Shown here in pieces: positions 39,189-50,900 of a stretch of DNA of 64,000 nt. The stretch is from the human T2T-CHM13v2.0 reference genome, Homo sapiens: the NCBI RefSeq assembly GCF_009914755.1, contig NC_060942.1, one strand, 5' to 3'. The position numbers and the translations under genes were made by a program. The notes below the pieces were generated by a model, which saw only the letters and a list, made by a program, of their open reading frames with translations, ran no database searches and was not told where the DNA came from. The first letter of the stretch is position 1, and each line of letters starts with the position of its first letter.

Positions 39189-40598
39189 TATGTCCGGAAT
39201 TGGTGGGTTCTTGATCTGATGGACCCTCGCGGTGAGTGTTACAGTTCTTAAAGGCGGTGTGTCCAGAGTTTGTTCCTTCTGATGTTCGGATGTGTTAGGA
39301 ATTTCTTCCTTCTGGTGGGTTTGTGGTCTCGCTGGCTCAGGAGTGAAGCTGCAGACCTTCATGGTGAGTGTTACAGCTCATAAAGGCAGTGTGGACCCAA
39401 AGAGTGAGCAGTAGCAAGATTTATTGCAAAGAGCGAAAGAACAAAGTTTCCACAGAGTGACAGGGGACCAAGCGGGTTGCTACTGCTAGCTCTGGCACCC
39501 TGCTTTTATTCTCTTATCTGGCCCCACCCGCTTCCTGCTGATTGGTCCATTTTACAGAGAGCTGATTGGTCTGTTTTACAGAGAGCTGATTGGTCCATTT
39601 TGAGAGGGTGCTGATTGGTGCATTTACAATCCCTGAGCTAGACACAAAAGTTCTCCACCTCCCCACTAGATTAGCTAGATACAGAGTGTCCATTGGTGTA
39701 TTTACAAACCCTGAGCTAGATACAGAGTGCTGATTGGTGCATTTACAAACCTTGAGCTAGATACAGAGTGCCAACTGGTGCATTCACAATCCCTTAGCCA
39801 GACATAAAGATTCTCCAGGTCCCCAGCAGATTAACTAGATACAGAGTGCCAATTGGTGTATTCACAAACCCTGAGCTAGACACAGGGTGCTGATTAGTGT
39901 GCTTACAAAACTTGCGCTAGATACAGAGTGCTGATTGGTGTATTTACAATCCCTTAGCTAGACATAAAAATTCTCCAAGTCCCCACCAGACTCAGGAGCC
40001 CAGCTGGCTTCAACCAGTGAATCCCGCCCCGCGGCCGTAGCTGGAGCTGCCTGCCAGTCCCACGCAGTGCGCCCACACTCCTCAGCCCTTGGGCGGTGGA
40101 TGGGACAGGGCGCCGTGGAGCAGGAGGCAGCGCTATTCCGGGAGGCTCCCGTCACACAGGAGCCCATGCGGGTGGGGTGGGGGAGGCTCAGGCATGCAGG
40201 GCTGCAGGTCTGGAGCCCTGCTCCACGGGAAGGCAGCTAAGGCCCGGTGAGAAACCGAGTACAGCAGCTGCTGGCCCAGGTGCTAAGCTCCTCACTGCCC
40301 AGGGCTTGCGGGCTGGCGGGCTGATCCCAGTGCCGGCCGGCGGAGCCCACGCCCACCCGGAACTTGCGCTGGCCCACAAGCGCATGTGCAGCGCCGGTTC
40401 CCGCCCACGCTTATCCCTCCACACTTACCCGCAAGCTGAGGGAGCAGCCTGCGGCCTTGGCCAGGCCAGAAAGGGGCTCCCATAGTGCAGCGGCAGGCTG
40501 AAGGCCTCCTCAAGTGCGGCCAGAGTGGGCGCCAAGGCTGAGGAGGCCCCAAGAGCGAGCGAGGGCTGCAAGGGCTGCCAGCATGCTGTCACCTCTCA
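39189..40598 (-). mobile_element. ERV9 solo LTR (LTR12 family, LTR12C-like), full length, 1410 bp
   Basis: Minus-strand start TGAGAGGTGACAGCATGCTGGCAG and end ..CCAATTCCGGACATA; GC-rich U3, tandem ~41-bp CCAAT repeats, U5 repeats GTGAGTGTTACAG; 4-bp TSD TTTG at 39185-88 and 40599-602. Confidence 0.96.
39470..39990 (-). promoter_or_regulatory. LTR12 U3 enhancer and core promoter
   Basis: Eight ATTGG (CCAAT on -) between 39541 and 39938; GT/GC box CCCCACCC ~39522; GATA site (CTTATCT 39513-19); AATAAA-type TATA box (TTTATT 39505-10); LTR poly-A signal (TTTATT 39420-25). Activity is not shown by sequence. Confidence 0.75.
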
Positions 40599-40605
40599 TT
40601 TGGGT

Positions 40606-40632
40606 ATGTGCGTGCGTGCATGCATGGGTGTG

Positions 40633-40663
<31 letters not shown>

Positions 40664-40670
40664 CGAGAGA
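40606..40670. repeat. Compound (TGCG)/(TG)n/(GA)n microsatellite
   Basis: Directly visible beside the LTR12 5' end. Confidence 0.9.
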
Positions 40671-40966
40671 TTAATCATTCAATATAGTAGAAGATCCTTT
40701 GTTCTTTTCTTTTCTTCTGATTCAGTGTCTGCCATTGTTGGAAATCCTTTGTCAAAAATGGGATGAGAAGGAATGTAAAAGGGACAGCTACAGAATTATT
40801 TACACTAAGGAAAAAAATAACTGAAACTTACATTGTACTGACAAAATCTCAGAATTGACCCAATATGTAAAACAAATAGGTGAAACAAAACAAACTTTAA
40901 AAAAAAGCAAATAAACAAACAAATCAGACTCTAGCATTTCTCGCATTAGAAGCTGTTATTTGAAGC

Positions 40967-41260
40967 AGCACTGGGCTTTATGAGGCTCCATGAGGCTGCT
41001 AAGGACATAGAGTGAGGTGGGTCTGAACGGAGGTGTATTGTGTGAATGTGAAAAGCACACTGTATTTTGAAGGCTTTGAGAGGAAAACACAATGTCATAT
41101 ATTTTATTGGTATTTTTATATAAATTACATGTTGGAATTAAAATAGTATACATAGAGAGAGTTCAGTAATTTTACTAGTTTATTTTTACTTTTTAAATGT
41201 GGTTTCTAGAAAATTTTAAATTACATGTGTCTCACATCATATTTTCATTGAATAGAGCTG
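40967..41260 (-). mobile_element. MER33 hAT-Charlie element
   Basis: TTTTTACTTTTTAAATGTGGTTTCTAGAAAATTTTAAATTACATGTGTCTCACATCATATTTTCATTGAATAGAGCTG resembles the reverse complement of the MER33 5' part. Confidence 0.75.
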
Positions 41261-41393
41261 GTCTAAAATATCCCAAATGTGACCTTCAATGCTTCAACAG
41301 TACAAATGCCCTTAATAAGCAAGTCTTCTTAAGAGTAAGGTACAGAATTCAGGGATGTTATACCAAATCACCAGCTGCTTTAAAACCAGTGTA

Positions 41394-41693
41394 AGCTGGG
41401 TGCGGTGGCTCACGCCTGTAATCCCAGCACTTTGGGATGCCGAGGAGGGCAGATCATGAGGTCAAGAGATAGAAACCATCCTGGCCAACATGGTGAAGCT
41501 CTGTCTTTACTAAAAATACAAAATTAGCTGGGTGTGCTGGCTCGGGCCTGTAGTCCCAGCTACTCAGGAGGCTGAGACAGGAGAATCCCTTGAACCCGGG
41601 AGGCTGAGGTTGCAGTGAGCTAAGATCACCCACTGCACTTTGGCCTAGTGACAGACCGAGACTCCATCTCAAAAAAAACAAAACAAAACAAAA
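41394..41693 (+). mobile_element. Alu (AluSc-like)
   Basis: GATCATGAGGTCAAGAGATAGAAACCATCCTGGCCAACATGG; (AAAAC)n tail; degenerate TSD ending TGTA. Confidence 0.95.
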
Positions 41694-41754
41694 TATTGTA
41701 GATGGTTTTGGGGATTTGAAAATAAGGGTAGTTTAGCAGTAAACAAAAACCCTA

Positions 41755-42229
41755 TGTAAAAAGTAAAGTAGAGAGTCCTCTTCAAAGACTTTCCTCCCCG
41801 TCTAATTAGGAATAAATAGTAACTTCTTTTAGAAGCAAAATGTATTCAAAGACCTGTGCTAACATTCTTAAATATCTGCTAGCCATAATAAAGAAAGCAA
41901 TGTATTTTATGTTCTTAGCTCCCACAATTTAGCCTAAATATTTGCCCTGGCATGCTTATACTAGTCCAAGCAAGCATTAACTCATAGCCTGTTCCTCTTC
42001 CTTATTTGAAAGTGTTCTTACCTTTCTCAGCATTCCACAAGTTACTTCCTCCTTCCTTTGTTCTCCTCTGCCTTTGCCTCTTTTAAAAGTTCTAAGTTGC
42101 TAGCCAATCAGGACAAATACAGAACATGAAGTCCCGTTCCAGCCAACAGAAACCGGACACAGCAGTAGAAATTAAATTTATGTTCAAGTGCTATTTCTTT
42201 ACAATACCAAAGAACAAGCATTTCTATCA
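41755..42229 (+). mobile_element. ERV1 solo LTR, LTR10 family (LTR10C-like), apparently internally deleted
   Basis: TG..CA termini: TGTAAAAAGTAAAGTAGAG..CCTCTTCAAAGACTTTCCTCCCC .. AAATTAAATTTATGTTCAAGTGCTATTTCTTTAC..AGCATTTCTATCA; flanks CCTA/TCTA (TSD with one mismatch). Family name from recall. Confidence 0.72.
41948..41977. promoter_or_regulatory. Candidate p53-family response element (three tandem half-sites)
   Basis: TGGCATGCTT-ATACTAGTCC-AAGCAAGCAT; each is 9/10 to RRRCWWGYYY, all CWWG cores are intact, no spacers. Confidence 0.6.
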
Positions 42230-42974
42230 TCTATAAAACCATCAAAAAGGTTATTTTTTTTTTAAACTTACTTTATTGTGAGACACGGTATGATGTAGAA
42301 CATTTTTATATATTGAGCAAAATTTTAAATTTTATAAAAATTAGTGTGCCTGCCTTGTAGAATTGAACTACATTTTTACACTAAAACTTAAAATTACATT
42401 CTAAATTGCATCATCTTTTTTAATAAAATAGAACTGGTAAGATGAACAGCTATTTTAATTACATTCTTCTCCAGTGAAATCCAGGACTATATATATATAA
42501 TGTATAGCTCTAGCATTTTTATTGGTCTGACTTGTGAAAAATGTTTTTGCCTTTCGCAGTAATATCTTTACCAAAACAATAATGATCAATCCCTGGTGAA
42601 TATAACAATGGCTCCAGGCCATCACTGGGGAATGGCAAGAACCTCATTTTTATCATTATGTTTAAGCACAATATAAGATATTTTGTTGGTTTGTTGGCTT
42701 TTCATAAAAATAACTCTAGTAAGTCCAGTGAAAAATTGAGGCAGATTTATCAAATGTATATTTCAGACTGAAGGTCAGGGTCCTATGGCTCCTGTTTTCT
42801 GTGCAGCCATAAGCAAACTTTCCTGTCTCCTAATTCAACAAATATTTATTACAAGCCTCTCTGCCTGCCTTGTACTAGACAGGAAAGATACCAAAAGGAC
42901 ACAAAATGAACTTTAATTTTCAGTAACAATGAAATTCCTTTTCTAGACAACTTTAAGAAACATTAAAGGACACA

Positions 42975-43125
42975 TTTAATTTTACTGCTTTACATGTGAA
43001 AGAACAGAGACCCACAGTGTAAAATGACTTGTTCAGAGTCACTGAAGTTGATGTGAGAAAACCACCAGAAACTAGGTGTTTTGATTCCCAGCCTAACTCA
43101 TTTGTATTACAACATACCGCTTTAT
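42975..43125 (-). mobile_element. MIR SINE remnant
   Basis: TTTACATGTGAAAGAACAGAGACCCACAG..AATGACTTGTTCAGAGTCAC..AGAAACTAGGTGTTTTGATTCCCAG. Confidence 0.6.
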
Positions 43126-43719
43126 TTTAGACAGCCACTTCTACAAAAACCAAATTCCTTTTTCATATTCCTTCTTTTTCTGAGGCATATCACTTATTTT
43201 TTTCCAAGTAATGCCTCTTTGTAGTGGAGTCAATAATTATATTTGGAGGACTTCTCTAAACAGAACAAACTCAAGCAGAGAGCAGCCCTGGGCCCTCTCC
43301 ATAGATCACAGCTTATGGCAGCTCCCCCGGGGAGCACAGAAGCGCTTGGACCAGCTTTAAGTTTAAGTGCATGTCACCATGATACACGGTGTCTTTGGTG
43401 TCCGTATATCATGAAGTGGAAGGGGTGTCGCCCATGGATGGAGAGCATCCATTCTTCCCTCCTGACACTGCTTTTTCCCCAAACAAGACATATCTGTGCG
43501 ATTACAATCTTATCCAGGCCGGCTGACTCCCTCCAGAGCTCATCTGCAGAGAGGGGCAAAATCAGTCAGCATTTTGTGGAGTGAAGGTTTGGGGGAGCAT
43601 GCTTTGTGAAACAATGAAAAAGAAGTAGAGGTGAGAATATATGAGGTCCTCCAGTAGGTATTGTTTTCAGCCTCTTCTTAGCATCTTGAAGAGCCTAATT
43701 CCTATGCAATAAGAGCAAG

Positions 43720-43965
43720 TTCTCAAAGGTCATCGTTTTCTGGGTTCAAATATCTGATCAAATATTTCCTAGCTACATGATTCAGGCACGTGACTGAACA
43801 TTTCATTTTGTTTTTAGTTTTCTTACTGCAAAAGTGGGTATTATATGAAAAATATTACCTACTTCATGGAATTATTGTGAACAATAAGTGAATAAATACA
43901 AATGAAACCCTCAGCATACAGCCTGGGACTTACATTGTCTTCACTGTATGGTAATCGTCATTATC
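43720..43965 (+). mobile_element. MIR SINE remnant
   Basis: CTGGGTTCAAAT..TTCCTAGCTACATGA..CTGCAAAAGTGGG..TACCTACTTCATGGAATTATTGTGA. Confidence 0.7.
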
Positions 43966-44151
43966 GTCTTTTTTTTTCTGCCTAAGATATTCAAGGTAGT
44001 CATAAAATTGAAGAGTCATTCTTTTAATAACTAAAGAGCTTCTCAAGCAAGAGATATCTCAGGTTTCACATTTTCACACTAGCTAGAGAAGAGAAAGTAA
44101 AGCTCAGAAAGAGACAATTCAGGAAGAAGTTAATCCATTTAGTCCTTTTTC

Positions 44152-44222
44152 TCCATCCATCCATTCATCCGCCCTCTGTCCATCAGTCTATCCATCTATC
44201 CATTCATCCATCCATCTACCCA
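44152..44222. repeat. Degenerate (TCCA)n repeat
   Basis: Directly visible TCCA/TCTA/TTCA units. Confidence 0.85.
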
Positions 44223-45150
44223 CTGTCTTAGTGCCTTGGAGTTTGGTGGTTTAATTAAATGTGCTTGAGGACTTCCTGTTCCCTTAACCTAATGATACAT
44301 CTACTTTTTCCTGATGGTCAACGCTTGAGGGAGAATGTGAGGCTAGATAATCTACAGAGGCAGAGTTTGTTGATGGGTAGCCTGGGTGGGCATCTGGGTG
44401 ACCTAAACTTGTGTTTCATCTGACTTATATTAGTTACACACACACACACACATATATATAACTTATATAATATATATTACATGTATTATATAAAGATATA
44501 TATTCATATACTGTTATATACTAGAGCATGTATGGGCCTTGATTTCACCCTGAACATAGCCATGAATGAGGTTATCAATGGAAGGGGGTTGGTAGTTAAG
44601 GCAGTAGGACATCTCTCCTCCAGCCCTGCCATAGTTCAGAAAGAGGACCTTGAGCACTACCCTAAGTTCAAGTTGCTGCACAGATCCCAAGGAGTTTGAC
44701 CCTGTCTTCTCTTTACTATTTCCTTCTCATATAAAGCCTTTGAGAATATGGTTGTTGCCTAGAAACAATCATGTAAGACGACTTAGAGGAAGGGAGTGTT
44801 TCCAAACTGAGCAAAGCCCTTGAGCCCCTGCTCTGGTTAAACACAATGAGGGACTTCTAAAAAATGAGCTATCCTCCTGTCTCAGCAATGGAATAGATAC
44901 CTCTTAGCTGAGGCTGATTATCCCTTCCTTACATGGAGTTCTTAACCACCTTATTTAGGATTTTTGTATCATGTGGAGTTGAGCAATACTTTTCATGTAT
45001 GTTGGTCTTTTCTGCCGAGCAAGACTTAAATTCCAAATTTGGAATTCCATTATTGCCAGCTCTCTATTTAATCCAAAGATTAGCACAGGCTGAGCATACA
45101 ATAGAGAATCTCAATAGTAGGTGAATAGATTGTCATAATTAGAAGTTCTG

Positions 45151-45489
<339 letters not shown>

Positions 45490-47024
45490 TTATCATTCCC
45501 GTTACTACAATAATCACCAGAACGGCCACTGCTCCTACCAGGTGGAAATGGTATTTCCTGGGCTAATCTGGCATCTTTCTTTGCTATGTTACTTCCTGGT
45601 GAATTCACCCATCTGTGAACAATCTGAATAACAAACATAGCACATAAACCTAAGCTACCACATATAGTAAAACATCAACTGTTTCCCTCAGATAGACTGA
45701 AGGGAGTAAACCAACAATTACCGATGCTGTAAAGTCACCCAAACAATCCTTCAACTACTTTATTTCTTTTGTAAAAGGGGAAAAATAAAAAGATGGCTCT
45801 TCTCAACATGCTGATGCTGAAAAGAGCACTGACGTTTGTTTCTGAATGATGTTTGACTGTGAGTGCTCAGTAATTAGAAATATTTAATGCAGGCAAACAT
45901 CAGCAAGTTAAAATTGTTTTCTGTTTGAATCTTGTCATTTGCCAGAAAGGAAATGATATGTTAGACATGTTGCACTCTTTCTCAGTATGATAGCAACTAA
46001 AGTGGCTTAAAATTGGATTCATTTATAAAGCTGGACACTATTAATATCATTCCCTGCATGATGGTAATTCATTTTACTCTGCTTTGTCTCAGAAGCAGTA
46101 GGGGCTCTATTCCTTATATTCAGTTTGCAGTCCTAATTAAGTATTCATTATAGAATACATATTTTTTCATTTAAGACTGGATTTCAAATATTTATGTGCT
46201 GTATTACACTTGTTTACTATTAGGTCAATGTAGTGAGGTACTCACAACTAGTAGTTATAAGTCTTCAATCTATAAAATTAAGGATCTGAAGGAACTCAGC
46301 TACAGCAAAGACCTGTTTCCCTCAGGGTTCTTAGCTCACCAGCATTGCACGGAATAAGCTGAAAACTAAATGTAACTACACTGGTTCCCTGCCATTGTGA
46401 ATAAAAAAAAAGATGCTCCACGGATTCAGTGTAATGTTGACATGACACATGTAGAAGCTTCACAAAAGGTTCTATAGGACCATGATCCTGAAAACTTTTA
46501 CTATTGGCAGATAAAGGACTGGATACTAAATAAGAAAAAGAGGACAGAAAGTTTTAATTGAATAAAATTAAATGAAACAATAAGGATCTAGAACATCTGG
46601 AGAAACTGTCAGATGATTAAATCTGTTAAATTGTGGATGTGTGTTATAAGAAAACTGTTCTGGCAAGCATCACATTTGCAACTCCAATAGGTGAATCATT
46701 CGGATTTTACTTGATAAGCAATGGAATACATATATAAGAGTACAAATTTTGCATTACATTATGCTTTTTACTTGAGAGCTCAAAGGACCCTAGAGAAAGT
46801 GCTTTATTCAAAATTACATTGTGATCAACACTAGGCAGGAAATGACCACTTTCAAAAGTTGGATTTAAAAAAAAAGGATCACATAAACAAAAACCACAAC
46901 AGCCAAAAAATGATGAAATTGGAATCACTCAAAGGCTCTGTCATTCTCCTAAATATTCACATGTAAATGATCAAGATGAAGACTAGAGTGGGAACTGGAG
47001 TTCATAACACTTCTTAATTAATAG

Positions 47025-47660
47025 ATAGTTTTTGAGTATTGATTATGTACAAAGTCCTTTGTAGTTGTAAATGAACAAAGAGGAAAGAGAGGTGGGGAAA
47101 AAAAGAAGCTATTCTTAATTGTAAGTTACTCACCAGCATTTTGGAGTAACAAACTATGAACATAAACTTAATTAGTTAACAATAGAAGATATCTGTACAT
47201 GATGTCACAAGGCAAGGTATGTTCTGTTGTAAAAACAATGGCTCATATGATTTCACAGGAGCAAGAAATTGTAGTTATATAGCAGTAAACTGAGAGTACT
47301 GCTTAGAGAAAGGAGCTCTTTATCTGGGCCTTGAAGGATTGTTTAAAGTGGGAGCAAATACATATAGGCAGGGGAAGTAGGTATGAAGCAAGGAAGGGAA
47401 GTCAGGTAATGCAGGGCTTGTTAGAGCACCAAATCCAGATTTACGTAGCAATTGCAAAGGGAGTAAAAGGGAAAATGGATTTGTTGGATTGTAGAAAGTG
47501 TGACTAGCATGCTAAGAATTTATGCATAAGAGTTTATCCTCTAGGAAATAAAAAGAAACTGAGAGCTTGGCAACTAGAATTGAAGTGTTGTATTTAAAAG
47601 ACAGCCTGCTGCAGAAGTCATTAATTAATTAAGAAAGAGACTGGAGGAGTTTTGGTAGGT
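47025..47660 (-). mobile_element. L2 remnant
   Basis: TTTTTGAGTATTGATTATGTACAAAG..TCTGGGCCTTGAAGGAT..GAGTTTATCCTCTAGGAAAT; diverged. Confidence 0.5.
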
Positions 47661-47874
47661 AAAGCCATCAAAAGTTCCAAATTAGTGCTCAAAGGAAAAG
47701 AACGAGGCAATGTTTATTTATTTACTTCTTTATTAATTACTGATTGGTTGACGTAATACTTCCTATTAAAATATGTCCTAGTGCCAATAAATGATGCCAA
47801 AATGTAGATGTTTCCATTGAATCTCATACTTTTCCTATTTATAAACTACTAAGCTTACTGATTGAAAAAAATCT

Positions 47875-47881
47875 ATATATA

Positions 47882-47929
<48 letters not shown>

Positions 47930-47949
47930 TCCACTGTGTATATATATAT
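47875..47949. repeat. (TA)n/(TG)n microsatellite
   Basis: About 18 TA units from 47890, directly visible. Confidence 0.95.
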
Positions 47950-50900
47950 TTCACAGTATAAAAGAATTCCCTATTTGCCCACTGTCTAATATTTAGAAGA
48001 CATGTACATCAAAAGAAAAACTATAACATCAGAGCTAGGTTTAGGTAGAATTTTCTTTTTCTAACTTTACAAAATAATTTATGTAACAGAGCAAGGTTTC
48101 TAGGGCTGAAGTAGTTTTCTATAGATGGGACATCTTGTAAGACTGTTAGCAGTCCTTTTCTCCCTTTAGAATTGAGGATTAGTATCTTCAAAGGTTTGCA
48201 ATCTCTTCCTTTGGGCCTTTTAATATTTTTGTTAAGTTTCAAGGTTTTATATCTCCTTCTTGCTTTAAAACATTTTAAAATTTGAAATGAGTAGATATGG
48301 GCCATTGTAAAGGTATCTCATCTAAATAACTGCTTCTTGAACTTCACATATGATGTCTGGTAATTCTTTCAGAAAATAGCCCTCTCTCTTGGTCATATGA
48401 GAATTGCTTCTGTTTTATTCATGGAAGATACCCCAACACTGCCAAGAAAGTCCCTCTGGCATTATCCTGCCCCATTTTTCACCTTCGGAGGTCTTTACAC
48501 ACATCAGCTAAATTCATTCTCTAGGGCCTCTGTGAAGATGGTGACTTTACAAATTCCTCCGTTGACAAATTCCTACCTAGGGAAGCATTATGGATGTTGA
48601 TGGGAAAAATGCATCTTGCCAGGATTATAGCCCACTCTGAATGTGAAGCCTAAGAGTTTGGAAACTGAGCAGTGCCTTTTAGGGCTAGAGATTGACTTAA
48701 GATTCAACTGCAAATTGGTAGCTAATGTTTGCCGAAGGGATGTACAATTAATAAATGGAAAAATTGTGCTTCACTTTTGTTTCCAAAGTGAATAGGATGT
48801 TTGTCAAAGCAAGAAACTTTGCTTTGATTATAAGCTACAGATAATGAAAATGTGTTTATGTTTCACAAATACATTTGATTCTAGTGGATTGTATTTCCCA
48901 TCAGGGAACCAGGTTCAGCAAATATTTTCACATGCTAACTCCTCAAATCAGGCAGAAGGTTTTCATTGACTAGAAATACAATAAGCTTTGAGAATAGAGG
49001 GTTGACTAGAAACTAATAGACTTTATAATTGTTCTTCTCTAGAATTTATAAGGACCAGCACTGGTTAGCTGTCAAGTACACATATCACCTACTTTTAGGT
49101 ATTAGAACTCACAAATACAGTCTCTGCTTTCTTTAACCTCATTGACAAATCATAGAGAATTCCCTAAACTTACCATCTCTTCATGTTGAAAACGAGGGGC
49201 CCATATTAAAATGGTTTTGATAAAAAAGTAATTTCAAATAAGAAATACAAATCTAGAATAAGGAGAGTTTAGAAATAGAAGACTGCATAGACATGGTTTA
49301 CAGATCAGAGGTACTGAACAGGGATTCTGGCTAGGAATCTCGGCCCACAGAAGTTAAAGGCTTGTTACTCAGCCCCTTAGAGCATATCTTTCTACAGAGT
49401 CAAGAAGAAATTGACTACCAGGATGAGTAAGATGTATGTTGATCAAGGGATTGAGATGAATGTTCCAGAGTTAGAGTACAGAATGAGCTAAAATACCCTA
49501 CTCATTCAAACTAAAGAGAAGAAGTTCTGCCTGGAACAAAACTGATTAAAAAAGAGAGTTGTCTCTTCCAGCAATGGCAAGATGTGTTGCAGACAAATTT
49601 GAGCACAATGGTCACAATCTCACTATACAACCTGATGGTGAATATTTTTCACATTGTGAGGACTGTAATTAAAACAAAGAGAAGTATTTTTTTTCAGATA
49701 TTTCAGTTGCTGAATATTTCCTTAAAGCTTTCCTGAAAATGATTCATGACATAGGAAGGTAAAACCTAGAGATCAAAACTCCAACTGGTACTCAAACTCA
49801 ACCAACAAAGAGTGGAAGGGATGATAATGAATAGTAAAGAGTATGATCAATATGCATTGAGCTTTACCTTGAGGAATCTTCCTCTTCTGGTGCTGTCGCT
49901 GTTGCTTGTTTTTCCTCTTGGGCATGTTGAACAGAAGTGCTGCAGATTTCACCCCTTCTTCTGACACATCAGCTCACCTTTGCACTTTGATCAGGGAGAT
50001 TTGTCTGGTACTTGATTTAAGCATGCTGAAAAAAATTGCTTAACTGAAGAGACACAAAGTAACAAGCTGTTTGTCCATTTGTTTCTCAGCAACAATGCTT
50101 AGTCAGGGCCTGGAAATCACACCTCATAACAAACACATACACACCTCATTTCCTTCATGATTGTAGCCAGTGATTTTGAGTGAGTGGTGTCTCTAGTGAT
50201 GTGTTAGAGCAAGAAGGAACAATCTCTGCTAATCCATGATTCTCCCTTAACACTTCGTGGGTTCCAAGGCTGTTTGTTTACAAGCCCTCAGTATTATTAT
50301 GCAGTATTCTCATAAACTATGGCATGGAAGATTGAAAAACTGGGTTTTCAATCATGTTTACTTCTTACTTCAAGGATATTTCTTCCTAAATCTTTGCGTC
50401 TTTTGCTTTTTACATTTTTTTCCCAACACTGATTTCCTTTCCATTTCTACATTTTCTTGACTCTTCTCTTTTCTAGATTCCCGTATTTTATGGTTGAATA
50501 CAATCAAGTCTTGGATTTCGGTCCTAAGACTATTTTAATATCCTTTTCACATTCCCTAAAAGTATTATGACTTTGATCCAGAAGGAAATGTAGGGCATGG
50601 TTCATGGCAGGTACCCAGTGAATACTTATTGCCAAAGTTAATCATCCTAGAGCTCATCTTGGCTCTAAAGAAGGAGACAATGATACCTTTCAGGGGACTA
50701 CTGAGAGCATTAGTCTAGAGACTTCTCCAAAATTTGCTGTTGATGAACTAATTCCTGCTCCATTCTTCAGGTCAGGAAGGGGTCCAAAAATATTTGTCAA
50801 AAAAAAAAAATAAGAAGAATGGAAAAGGACAATTTAGTAGGATCTGAGTATATCTGTTGTCTGTTCTTGCTAGGCATAGAAACATACCACACCCTCACAA

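Noticed and set aside
39535-39990. Regularly spaced ~41-bp repeats that might suggest a CRISPR-like array
   Set aside because: These are the known ERV9 U3 tandem enhancer repeats; there are no unique spacers or cas genes and the context is eukaryotic.
40170-40186. G-rich GGGTGGGGTGGGGGAGG in LTR12 U3 as a G-quadruplex
   Set aside because: Only three tracts of 3 or more G plus a GG; not a canonical G4 motif.
39958-40552. GC-rich ORFs of 69-129 aa inside LTR12
   Set aside because: Stop-poor because of the GC content of U3; LTRs are non-coding.
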